DNA of 63,259 nucleotides, filler included, from Octopus bimaculoides (taxonomy: Eukaryota), in the NCBI RefSeq assembly GCF_001194135.2. It is 5 parts of 5 records of this genome, joined end to end, with 100 filler letters (N's around TTAATTAATTAA, not from the genome) between each part and the next. Parts side by side here need not be neighbours in the genome. Positions count along the whole stretch, not along the records: positions 1 to 28,712 come from NC_068995.1; positions 28,813 to 49,722 come from NC_068989.1; 3 more parts are not named here. The stretch is one strand, 5' to 3'. Below are positions 24,040-35,729 of the stretch, one piece after another. The stretch's first letter is position 1; each line of letters starts with the position of its first letter. The translations under genes and the position numbers were made by a program. A model generated the notes under the pieces. The model was not told the DNA's origin. It saw nothing but the letters and a program-made list of their open reading frames with translations, and did not search any database.

Positions 24040-24830
24040 CATTCAATGGCCTGAGTGTGTGCTCCAGTCACTGGATCCACATAATGTCGTTGATAGTTCA
24101 CTGTCAGATGGTGATAACCTATGGCATTTAAATTATTATAAGCGGGCCACTCATCTGAATGAATTACTGAACCTTTTTCACATTTTCTCTCAGTAATTGA
24201 GATCAGACTGTTCTCGCCACGACGTTCCACACAAAAGTATCGACAGTCTGAGCCTTGTCTGAGACCAAAAACCCACGGCCGCCAATTCATTGTCTATGGT
24301 TCCTGTTGGTTCGTTGTTCTGCATCACTGTCTTCAGAGAGAGGAGCGTTGTCGCCATTCAGCATTCTTCCTCACTTGTATTTTCGTCGATCAGCAAATCT
24401 TGCTTCGTCGATCTGAATGGGTTTATCGTTTGTTCCAACTATCTTCTCTCGTCGTTCATGATAAACTATGGCTTCACACACCTCGCGGCACATATTGTAC
24501 CTGTCAGTTATTGTATTTTTAGAGTTTCCTGTTAGAATCACTGCTGTGGTCATCGGTATATCCATGACAAAGAAAAATATTAGTTCTAAAATCTCACTCA
24601 GGTTCAGCTTGCAGTTTAATTTGTTGTTAATGTCCGTATAATGGAAAAATTGGTTTCCTTTATTAACTGAACGTTTAAGGTAGATAGCCCTGGCTATACT
24701 GTTTGACAACGTATTAGACCGTATACTATAATAGCACCAGATATTACTTAGCAATACACTATACCGTAAGATAAATATATTGCATAAAATATATAATTTA
24801 TGACAGAAAACCATCAAAAGAAAAGAAAAG
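24040..24830 (-). mobile_element. Merlin (IS1016/ISXO2-like) DDE transposase remnant
   Basis: PIQIDEARF, WVFG, GSVIHSDEWPAY, GYHHLTVN...VDPVTGAHTQAIE. Contains stops and frameshifts; no TIRs found. Confidence 0.82.
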
Positions 24831-27219
24831 ATTTACTGCATTATTGACTTTGAGGAACAAAATATTTTTTGCAAATGTTCACTACCTTACAAAAACTATA
24901 TTAGCTAAGCAAATGACATTCTTTAACTGCATTAAAAACACTATAACATAATCTGAAAACTATTTCAGAATGTTATCTCCGTTCTCTTTGAGCATATATA
25001 TGAAAGACAAATTTAGATGAGGAAAATGAGTAAGGCAAAATAAAGTAAAATTGCCTCTTCAATCCAGATATGCGTCAATATCCATCCTTAGACATCAGAA
25101 AGATTAGAAATACAATAAAAATTTATAATAGCTCGGTCAAATGGAAGAGGATCATGGAAAAATGGTACATGATATGAAACTAACGAAACTCGACTTAATC
25201 AAAGCACTCAACATACAATATTCTCTATTGCTTCATCGCGATCTGTTGGAGTGGCTCTCTTTCTTATATGTTTATATACCATGAAGTTAATGAGAAGTTA
25301 TTACTGAAATTAGAAATTACTCATTTTGCTCCAGTTTAGACATTCATTTTTAAAATTGAAAATGATCAGATTAGACATTAGTGTGGGGAAGATTAACTTG
25401 GAATCCAACAGAGAAAAGAATACTGATTGTTAAACACCGAAAATTTTCCAGATATTTTATTAACCTCAATTACAATCGAATTGAGGAAAAATTTCTTGAA
25501 AAAAGTACCTGCCACACCTTTCAAACTTCAACAAGAACTATGCTGACCAATTTTCATTCCTAAATATAATGTAGCAATACAAAATGAAGATACAATACTT
25601 GTTATGTAGTGGTTTTAAACAGGTGAGGGGAAAATAACAGAAATCAGAAATTACTCATTTTGCCCCAATTACAATTTTACCCCAGTTGCCAATTTTGCCC
25701 CCACCCCAATGAAAAATATATTTACATGGCGAAAAAATAGTAAACAAACTAAGAGATAAACCTTTAATGTGCATAATGACAGCTATATACGCGTTTTCTC
25801 ACTCGACAGTTATCGTAGACTTTCAAGTAGAGAGACACAAGGAAAACAACACGTGCTTTTTATTGCATGACTCCGAACACAAACTTGGCAAGGATTAAAA
25901 TATTTTCTCATACTGCCGACTCTTTATATCAAGAAGAAGACAATCAACGTTGGATTTGAAATAGTCTGGCAGAAGGAATATTCATTGTGTTGACTCTGTG
26001 GAATCGTTAGATAAATCTTTCTACCTGATCTGAAATGACTCAACAACTCTATCAACTTCAATAACATTATCAACTTCCTCAATTTTTACCATGTTTTCAA
26101 CGTTTTCAAATGCTTATATTACTTTTAAATCTATGACTCAAAATAGAGTAGGGATAAATTCAGAAAACTTTTCAAGTATTCTTATCTACTTACAGTATTT
26201 GAATCTGTTTGACTCTGAACCTTGCTACGCAGATGAGCAAACGCCGATTCTGAAACCCTAACCCTAACCCTTGGCTCAACTTTTGATACTCAAGTTTCCT
26301 ACTTCTTTAACTCTTAATAAGGTGTTTATAACCTGACTGCGTTTGGCCAGCAAACAAATATTAGTAGCGGAAGTCTTGCTGATGGTTTATGTTTGTCTCT
26401 CCTTGTGTTTGTCGCACCTGTGCTTCTGTTATAGTTACGTTTGGTCTTTTCAGCGGAGTTGTGAACAATATTGGGCACAATATGTGTGTTGGCTGATGTA
26501 ACCGTGATTAGTGGAATGTTTTTAATATTAATCATAATTTTAATTAACATTAGTGTAAAGTACGCTTTTCATTTTATTTAATTCCGTTTTAATATGCTTT
26601 TTTTTATTACTTTTTATTTTTATTTACATTTAGCTTAGCAGTTTAGGTACAAATCAGTTTTTGTTCTGGGTTGGCTATTGTACGCTTACTTATATATTTG
26701 TTGGTTTTGGAGGATGGGTATTTTTTTACGTGTTGTGAGGACTGTATTCATTGACAAGTACATACTTGTATTTTCTATCGGTCTTCCTTTTTTATATATA
26801 TATATTTTTCGATTATTTTTTTTTATTGGCTGGTCTAAAACAATAGAGAATAAGATTCTCAAAAATGCCTTAAGATTTCAGACCAATATACAAAATCGAA
26901 AAAGAAAAGGTTAAAACTAATGTATTCTTGTTAAAATATAGAAATTTAAAAAAAATTGTCTAAAAAACATTTCTCTGTATTTTGTGTTCTTATGCAAAAA
27001 GAACGCCGAAAAGACGGTTATCGCAAAACGGAACAAAACTGGACAAATCAAATTAGTTCAAGCTGACAGTGAACCTCAGTTATGACATTTGAATCATAGG
27101 AGTGAAATGCAGCAGACACATACATAATGTGCCCAGCGGTATTTTAGAGAAAACGGTACAACGTCAAATTACTTAGTAGTTCGTGCTTCAAATTAGTCTA
27201 TGATTCTCTGTATATTTTT

Positions 27220-27950
27220 CATCTTTATCTCTTAGCTGCTTCAGTCATTTGACTGTAGACATGATGGAACATCGCTTTGAAGAATTTTTACTCAAACGAA
27301 TCAATCGCAGAACTATTTTGCTTCAAAGCCTGGTACTTATTCGAACGACGAGATTGAGTGCTCAGCACCGCATTAGTTGATAGAATTTCTGTTTTTGTAT
27401 ATTAACGCTACCATTAGTTTCATGTTAAAAGAAATATCTTAATATCTTACCAATTTTTCAAGTCGATCACATGGAGGAATGATGTTCGTCTCCATTTTGG
27501 ATGAAAATACGCACACACTGTGTGAGTCTGTGCCTGTGTTTGTACTCCACCATCGCTTGACAACCGTTGTTGGTGTGTTTACGCCCCCATAACTTAGCGG
27601 CTCCAGAAACGGGACCAATGGAATAAGTACCTGGCTTAAAATATAAAAAGTACGAGAGTCGATTCATTTGACTAAAAATTCTTCAAGGCAGCGCACCATT
27701 ATGGTAGCAGTCGAATGACTAAAACTAGTAAAAAATAAAAGAATACCTATGGATCGTCATGGATCATATATCTTGTACTTATATATTAAGGGCTTCTTTC
27801 AGTTTCCGTCTACCAAATACACTCACAATGCTTTGGTAGGTCTAAGGCTATAGTGGAAGACACTTGCCCACGGTGCCACGTAATGGGACTGAACCCGGAA
27901 CCGTGAGGTTGGGAAGCAAGCTTCTTACCAAACTGCCTCTCCTGCGCCTA
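27220..27950. mobile_element. Cluster of family A SINE pieces in mixed orientation (3' end minus, 3' part plus, head minus)
   Basis: 27220-27340 minus 3' end; 27510-27745 plus 3' part; 27790-27950 minus head. Confidence 0.7.
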
Positions 27951-28511
27951 TATATATATATCTTTTTTGTTGTGTCTCGGGAGAGTCATTATGGCAATAT
28001 TATTAAGACACGCACTGGTTCAATTCCACTGTATTATTAGTCAATTGGTTAAATATCCAACTAACTAATCGATTGCTTGTTTAACTTGGTTAAACAGTAA
28101 GTCGCTTGTTCTTTTATTTTTTATGTTTTTCAGCAATGCTCTTTCGTTGCTGTTTGTAACCTTTTCAATGACTTACCTCATAGTTCGTTACAGAAGCCGC
28201 ATTTGTCTGTCTGGGATCTTTCTGCTTGCGGGTGTGCGTACCAGTGTGCGCGTGTGCTTGCGTATGTGTGTATGTATGCATATATATATGTACTATGTAT
28301 GCGAGTATGTATGTATATATGCATGTATGCATGTATGTATTCTTCTGCGTGTCTGTTCTTGTGTGAGTGTATGTGGGTGTGTGTACTTCTGGTCCTGTGT
28401 GCGTGAGCGCTTTCGTGTGTATGTGCTTGTAAGTTTGTTTGTGCACGTGCGCCTGTTGCGTATGCGTGTGTGCTTGCATATATCTGTGTGTTTGCGTGAT
28501 ATGTGCATGCC

Positions 28512-28551
<40 letters not shown>

Positions 28552-28660
28552 ATGTCTGTCCGTAATTTCTTTTACCTACCTATCTAGCTACCTTTCTATC
28601 AACCTACCTAGGTCTTCAACGAGGTCACAAAATGTGTGACGAAAGAACTTTGACAAATAA

Positions 28661-28712
<52 letters not shown>

Positions 28713-28812
28713 NNNNNNNNNNNNNNNNNNNNNNNNNNNNNNNNNNNNNNNNNNNNTTAATTAATTAANNNNNNNNNNNNNNNNNNNNNNNNNNNNNNNN
28801 NNNNNNNNNNNN
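28713..28812. other. Assembly spacer N44-TTAATTAATTAA-N44 (also 49723-49822, 51906-52005, 58827-58926)
   Basis: The same 100-nt pattern occurs four times, and the 12-mer has stop codons in all six frames. Artificial. Confidence 0.95.
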
Positions 28813-29220
28813 GGCTGGTAAGCAAGCTACTTACCACACAGCCACTCCTGTGCCTGTGTTCGTAAATTTGCTACAATTTCTTTAAAGTAAGCAAAATCAT
28901 AAATTTAAATGGGGTGGGGTGGGGTGAAAAAAAATGTCGTTTTGCAAATTCATAATTTCCGATATCTAAAACGTAGGAATCAGAAAAAATTTTTTCAAAA
29001 AAATGCATTTTTCAAGGAGAGGTGCGAAGCTGCATTAGCCCCCCACTCTGTCTGTGATTTCTGCAAGAGTGCTTGGCTGTTCCAACGCCTTAGCCTTGCC
29101 ATTGCCCGCTATAATGCTGCGAGCATATTGGCTTGCTTCAGTAAGGTCTGTTGAACCTTGTAGTGTGTGACCAATTGATGCACTTAGTGCTGAATTGATG
29201 TTTCTTTATTATTTGGGGTG

Positions 29221-30142
29221 GGGGTGAAATTCTGGTTTAAGTACTTATGACTTTTTATTTTGGGGAATTTTCAGAAAAATTTTGCGAATTTGTGATCTAC
29301 ACATGAGAATTCATACGATTGGGGATAATTAAAAAAAATTTTTGATTTAAAGGCGATTTGGCAGTTATTAAGCACATCTCATGACCACCTGATATCCTAT
29401 GTGTTTCTTTGTCATTCTCACATGTATTGATGTTATTCAATATTCTATCCATAAACACATATAATGGAAAGACAATGCACACAAGGGCGGTCCATTGCTG
29501 ATATTTAAGCAAAAAATTCGAACTCTCTGTATTTTAAACTCTGATTTAAAAAGAAATTCGAAAACGAGTGAAAAGGATTTATGTGGGTGGGGAGAGGTTT
29601 AGAAAAATTAAACATTTTTTTTTTTCATAATCGTATGAATTTCCCATGTGTAGAAGACAAATTCGCAGAACTTTTCTGAAAATTCCACTTCACCCACCAA
29701 AAAGTCACACAGTAATCTTTCAGTTTAGGGTGTTTAAGAAGGTAAATGAAAATGAAGCCTAAATGAACGGCGTCTACACTCACTAAGCGGCTGTACACCA
29801 GAACTGTGTGGATTCCACAAATGAGGCCGTCCACATGCAAAATGTGGAGAATATGTGGATGCAGGTGAAAAGAAAATTACGACAACAATTTGGAATGTCG
29901 GACAATTTATTTGTCATAATATACACGAATTCATATGGAGGAATTCTGTTCCAAAAAAAAAAAGATTTTTAATTCACTTTTTGGTGGCTATAGCTCAAGT
30001 CTACATTGTTTAACAGTTGACTTATTTATCTCCCTCCCCTTTTATTCCCCTTTAATTTTTATTTACTTTTTTAAACACCCTAACTGAAAGATTACCAAAG
30101 TCACAAGGGGTTTTATGGGGTGTTTAAACCAGAATTACTCCC
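29221..30142. mobile_element. Degenerate MITE whose right inverted arm is split by a nested Merlin derivative
   Basis: 29263-29320 is the reverse complement of 29630-29686. The outer arm attctggtttaa (29229-29240) pairs with ttaaaccagaat (30124-30135), beyond the insertion. Confidence 0.55.
29711..30096 (+). mobile_element. Merlin deletion derivative with TIRs, a 9-bp TSD and a C-terminal transposase remnant
   Basis: TIRs (a)gtaatctttcagtttagggtgtttaa / ttaaacaccctaactgaaagattacc. aaagtcaca occurs at 29701-29709 and 30097-30105 (one extra base on the left). Peptide VHMQNVENMWMQVKRKLRQQFG...EFIWR. Confidence 0.76.
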
Positions 30143-30507
30143 TTTTTTTTTCTTTCTTTGCTCTTGTTTGTGCTTTCTTCAGTTTTGAATTTATATTTTA
30201 ATGTGAATTTTCTGTGTAATTAAGTACATGTACCTTTTGTTAGAGAACAGAAAACCTATGCATGTTTTACATCCACTTTTCCATGCAAGCCTGACTTGGA
30301 TGGGTTTTTTTAGTGGTTTATAGTCAGATAACCTACCTATCACCAACTCTTTTAGGATCTGCAGGGATATAGTGTACTAATTATAAACCAGCAATCTCAC
30401 AGTCTTGTGTATATTCTTTTCTCAAGTTATAATTTACAAATAAGAATTTCCCCAAATACTCTAATGAAAGTATTTCTATCAAACATTTAACAAAAAATTC
30501 TAATCAT

Positions 30508-31200
30508 AGACGTAGGAGTGGCTGTGTGGTAAGTAGCTTGCTTACAAACCACATGGTTCCGGGTTCAGTCCCACTGCGTGGCACTTGGGCAAGTGTCTTC
30601 TACTATAGCCTCGGGCCGACCAAAGCCTTGTGAGTGGATTTGGTAGACGGAAACTGAAAGAAGCCCGTCGTATATATGTGTATATATATNNNNNNNNNNN
30701 NNNNNNNNNNNNNNNNNNNNNNNNNNNNNNNNNNNNNNNNNNNNNNNNNNNNNNNNNNNNNNNNNNNNNNNNNNNNNNNNNNNNNNNNNNNNNNNNNNNN
30801 NNNNNNNNNNNNNNNNNNNNNNNNNNNNNNNNNNNNNNNNNNNNNNNNNNNNNNNNNNNNNNNNNNNNNNNNNNNNNNNNNNNNNNNNNNNNNNNNNNNN
30901 NNNNNNNNNNNNNNNNNNNNNNNNNNNNNNNNNNNNNNNNNNNNNNNNNNNNNNNNNNNNNNNNNNNNNNNNNNTATATATATGTGTGTGTGTGTGTGTC
31001 TGTGTCTGTGTTTGTCCCCCCAACATCACTTGACAACTGATGCTGGTTTGTTTACATCCCCGTAACTTAGCAGTTCGGCAAAAAAGTCCGATAGAATAAG
31101 TACTAGGCTTACAAGGAATGAGTCCTGGAGTTGATTTGCTCGACTAAAGGCGGTGCTCCAGCATGACCGCAGTCAAATGACTGAAACAAGTAAAAGAGTT
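30508..31200 (+). mobile_element. Family A SINE with a central gap
   Basis: Highly similar to 8177-8865. Confidence 0.87.
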
Positions 31201-32184
31201 ACAAACATGCTTTTGTTTGATAAATTTCCTTTCACTAAAATATTTGAGAAATCATTGTTAGTGAATGATAAACTTATAGACAAATGAATATACACTGGAC
31301 AAAAGACTGACTATGTGAAATATGTTCATCCAGTGTGAATGAAGTAAGTCTATATTTGTAGTTTACAGCTGAATACAGACAATTAAAAAAATTATCCTTG
31401 TGAAATAAATAGGGGATTGTAGAAAGATGGAATAAGTTTATTTCATACAGTGGAAAAATATCGAGATAATTTATTGAAGATATTCTCCATAAATAGAAGC
31501 ACAAACAATATCAGATTTAGAGTTGACATAATGCATTCATTATACATAACTTTAGTTTTTTTATTATTTATGGACATTTTCCTATGAAGGACCATTTCCC
31601 CTCACTATGGTTTAGAAAAATATGTGACATTGTTTCATTTCAATAAAAGTATTTTCCTTGTCAAAAATGAAAATGTTTTCTTGGACAGAGTGAAAGTTAT
31701 TTATTTATTATAAATGATAAACAAATTTATCATTGATAAATTTTAAAATAAAAAGTCTATATCCATCATTAGCATGTCTTCAGTGAACTTCATAACTTCA
31801 CCACACAAAAGGAGTTTACAAGAAAAGTTATTGTCTCATCTGTATTTGCTGTTAACCATTCAAAATTCCTTCTATTAACATTTGATACACTTGAATAGTT
31901 AACATCAAAACTTTACTCAGTTATGAATGTAATTACTAAATATTTGGTTGATCTAGCTGAAATAACCACAACTTTATAGTATCTAGCTGGCTCTCTATTG
32001 CTGACTATTTACTTTCATTATTGAAAACTTCTTTTTTTTTCATATATAAAGGAACAAAAATATTCATTGATGAATGGAAATATTCAATTGAGAAATTTTC
32101 ACTTGTCAGTTATTATGGTTTGAGAAATTTATAGGAAATTTGTGGTAAGTTATTCACAATTTATAAATAAATTAGAATCTATTT

Positions 32185-33056
32185 TAGTTAAAATTGTATT
32201 AATTTTGGATCTTTTTGATTTGGTGGACACCATTTTTTATTTAGTGTGTTTTCTACCGAAACACTTTAAAACTTCGTATACTTGTATATTTTGTCTTATA
32301 GAACAGAGAAAAAATTTCATATTCGAAGTTATTTCATGTTAAAATTGTTGTATTTTGGTAATTTCAACCAATCACTGACGTCTTTTGAAGTGAAAACAAT
32401 TACTGCTGTGGCTTGTCAATAACACGTTGTGACGGTGTAATGGGATCTTTTCCCTTGAATAAAATTAGTGCCGTTGTTTGTCAACAACAACTATCGGCGG
32501 TACTGTCATTTATGACATCGTTCGTGCGTTTGTACTGGTTTTAGCTTTAGGGTTTTAGGGTTAGGGTCAGGGTTATGAGTATTTTTGCCAAATTTGGTGA
32601 AAACTTTGTGGCGGTGTATTGAACAGATTTTCACCAAATTTGGCAAAAATACTCATAACCCTGACCCTAAAACCCTAAAGCTAAAACCAGTACAAACGCA
32701 CGAACGATGTCATAAATAACAGTACCACTGATAGTTGTTGTAGACAAACAATGGTACTAATTTTATTCAAGGGAAAAGATCCCATTACACCGCCACAACA
32801 TGTTGTTTACAATCCACAGCAGTAATTGTTTTCGCCTCAAAAGACGTCAGTGATTGGTTGAAATTACCAAAATACAACAATTTTAACATGAAATAACTTT
32901 AAAAATATTAACTTTTCTCAACAACACTAAGAGTAGAAGATGTTTTATATGACACATTCTACCAGTGTCCCAAGTTTGAAAGTGTTTCATTAAGAAAACA
33001 AGTGGTGTCTGCCAAATCAGAAAGATCCTAAATTTTTAATCAAAATTTTATAACTA
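32185..33056. mobile_element. Large foldback palindrome (~870 bp, ~24-nt loop) with telomere-like TTAGGG units in the arms
   Basis: Inner arms 32326-32603 and 32628-32899 differ by about 13 substitutions and one 6-bp TTAGGG indel (manual count). The outer arms are more diverged. Confidence 0.92.
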
Positions 33057-33639
33057 TGATTTGGATATTATTGGCAGTAAAATCTAACCTTTTTTTAGAA
33101 TTAATTCATCAGTATAAAAATTGTTACAAAATATTCTATAAAATTGTCTCCATACATAACTTACGCTAACCTAAAGATAGTGGCTCCCATATCTTGAATG
33201 ATACATCTCAGGCAGTTAGAATATTTCAGTAGCTTGGGTTTAGCAACAGTGGGTAAAATTCTGCAGACTGGTGGACATTTTTGTTATTTTCAATCTTTTA
33301 CTGATTTATGGTAACACACATACTTGACTGTGTTTGCCTAGTTATATACTTTGTGTTTATTTGTTGCCATTAAGGTCAAGTCTTTCAATATTACTAATTA
33401 TTTTGAATAAATATTACATAAACTGCCATATTACAAGCTAAGACTAAGTCTGAGAGACTATTATCTTTAAACCATATAAACACACCAGTTTTTAGTTATC
33501 TCAACTGATTTACAATAGTAGTTGGATGAGAATGATTTTATCTATTGTGATTTGGTAAGAGTCTACAATAAAAGTTAACTATATTTTAATATGTAACCAG
33601 GACATGGATACACACACACGCACACACACACATTCAGCA

Positions 33640-33900
33640 CCACCATCATCATTTCATGCCTGTCCTTTATGCTGATGTGGGTTGGACAGTTTGATATACT
33701 CCAACAAGCCAATGGGCTTCATTGCACTCTATTGTCTGCTTTGATAAGGTTTCTGTGGCTGGATGCCCTTCCTAACACCAACCACTTTACAGAGTATATT
33801 GGGTGCTTTTTATATGGCACCAGCACCAGTGAGGTCTCCTAGTAACAAGACCCCCTCAACTCAGGATGTTGTATTGAGGGAAGTGGCTTTGTGCCTGGTG
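33640..33900 (-). mobile_element. Old RTE-type 3' UTR fragment
   Basis: ctggatgcccttcctaacacca...gggtgctttttatatggcacc is the reverse complement of the RTE 3' UTR motif at 38800-38850. (CAT)n tail at ~33645. Confidence 0.55.
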
Positions 33901-34394
33901 TTGGAAGGCTAGAGTATGATAGAGGGATAGTGACTTGCTGTAGAGATTCATTGCTATAGGTGTTTTGCTGCAGAGGAGATACAATTGAAGAGAGTGATGA
34001 TCAAGTGTTGGGGTATATGCTGAAGGTATAATTGAATATGAGAGGGACAGGATTTGGGAGGCTGAGTGAGTAAGTTCAATATAGGGTTAGAACAGAATGC
34101 AATGAATGATATAAGTGCAGTCAGAATCAAGAAAGGAGGGGTAAGTGATAATACAAAAAGGCAGGTGGAAAGCAACAATATTATAAGACAATAGGTAGAG
34201 GAGGAAGAAGGAGATGAGAAGTGGGGTGGTGAGAGAGGGATACACTATGATAGATGGAGGTCAGAGTTATGTAGTGTTGGATATAGCTAGTGACATTTGA
34301 TGAACTGTCAAGGGAAGATCATCAGTATAGTTGAGATCAGAAAAACACAAGTTCTGTTGATGTCTCAATTACTTTTACATTATTTACATTTGAC

Positions 34395-34757
34395 AGGCAT
34401 AATGGTTAAGAGCACAGGCTACTAATTCCAAGTTCAATTCCAGGTAGTGACCTAAATAATAATAATAATAATAACATTAGAAAAATACTTTAGGAATGAG
34501 AACCCAGGTTTGAAATTCCCCCAGGACACCTGATGAAGGCTGGAGGGTACAAGGGGTGTATGAAATATTTTGAACCTTGAAGTCTTGTACCTTCATCAGT
34601 AGTCTTGTACCATGTTTTGTTTTTTTGAGGCTCAAGACTTTTCATACACCCCTTGTATATCAGCCGAAACGTGTTAACAACAAACAAGATGAGGACAAAT
34701 ATCCATCAAATGTAAAGAATGTACATAATTCCTCATCTCTCAAATATAGAACTGTAT
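34395..34757 (+). mobile_element. SINE-like element with a tRNA-type Pol III head, an (AAT)n spacer and a hammerhead-like motif
   Basis: A box AGGCATAATGG (34395-405); B box AGTTCAATTCC (34431-41); gacac-CTGATGA-A-GGCTG...CAGCC-GAAA-C-gtgtt at 34525-34675. Confidence 0.6.
34550..34655. mobile_element. 106-bp Tc1/mariner-type MITE inserted at TA
   Basis: TIRs CAAGGGGTGTATGAAA / TTTCATACACCCCTTG, with TA duplicated at 34548-49 and 34656-57. Confidence 0.83.
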
Positions 34758-34759
34758 CA

Positions 34760-35640
34760 ATTACTTTTGTTTTGGGTGAGCTCAAAACTTTCCCTAAGGA
34801 TGTAGTCCACAACAATCACAGAGAATAGAAGCTCTGATGATTCCCAAAAGGATTCTTGCTGTTGCTGGAAACTCTTTAGTTGGTCCATCTGTGCTTAGCA
34901 CAAAGGTTGATGGGGTTTTGTACATGATGAAGGCTCTGACAATTACATCTGGAATACCATAGGTCATCAGGAACATATAACATGGCCCTTCTGTTGGTAT
35001 GATCAAATGTTTAAGAGAAAGCTGCAAAATCAATTGATGCTTTTTGCTGTGAAATTATGAGCTCTTTAATGATTCATCTAAGAGCAAAGATCTGTGGTGG
35101 TGTTGATCTACCTTTGAAGCTGTTTTGGTTTTGTCATAAGATAGAACTTACAGGAGAGGAAATTTTATTAAGGGGATATAGAGTTGTATTTACTTCAAGC
35201 TAAAGGTGAGAGTCTAATTCCTCTGTGTAATACACATGACTTTAATGTGATTTGAGAATGCTGCTGCCGAAGTTGGTCAGTTTCTCAGTGCAAAGCTGAC
35301 AATATATGTCCATCAAAGCGATTGAAAGTCACTTTCCAATTTGATCTAACAATGACACAAAACTCAAGGAGATCAGTGTCTTCAAGTACCTTGGGTCCTA
35401 TGTTGCTGACAGTGAGAAAGACTTCTTGACACATAAGAGACTAGTCTGAAGTGTGTGTAACAAGCTTCAAAACATCTGGCAATCAAGTGTGTCAAAGTCA
35501 ACAAAGCTGGCCTTTCCAAGGCATTTGTAGAAAACATTTTCCTGTATGAAGCTGAAACTTGGACTATGAAGAAGGAAGTTCAAGATAATTTTGATGGCAT
35601 GTACACCAAGCATCTCAAGAGGACTAAAATATCTCGTGAC
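34760..35640. mobile_element. Old RTE/RTEX-like LINE RT remnant with its 5' part inverted (34760-35150 minus, 35230-35640 plus)
   Basis: Minus: QNQNSFKGRST.QIFALR, YGIPDVIV, DGPT, VIVVDYILR. Plus: AAEVG, FKYLGSY, LYEAETWT, DGMYT. Confidence 0.58.
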
Positions 35641-35729
35641 ATAAGTACAAAACTAAAAAGGAGATTTATTGACACCACCCACCTCTATTATTGCTGCTCA
35701 GCACAGGGTATATCTTTTCCATTTCTTTT

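Noticed and set aside
26254-26271. (CCCTAA) x about 2.5, an interstitial telomere-like motif
   Set aside because: Too short to indicate a fusion or healing site. It is probably part of a repeat like the one at 32.5 kb.
28757-28768. Perfect palindrome TTAATTAATTAA recurring four times (also 49767, 51950, 58871)
   Set aside because: Always centred in N44...N44 to make exactly 100 nt, with stops in six frames. It is an assembly spacer, not biology.
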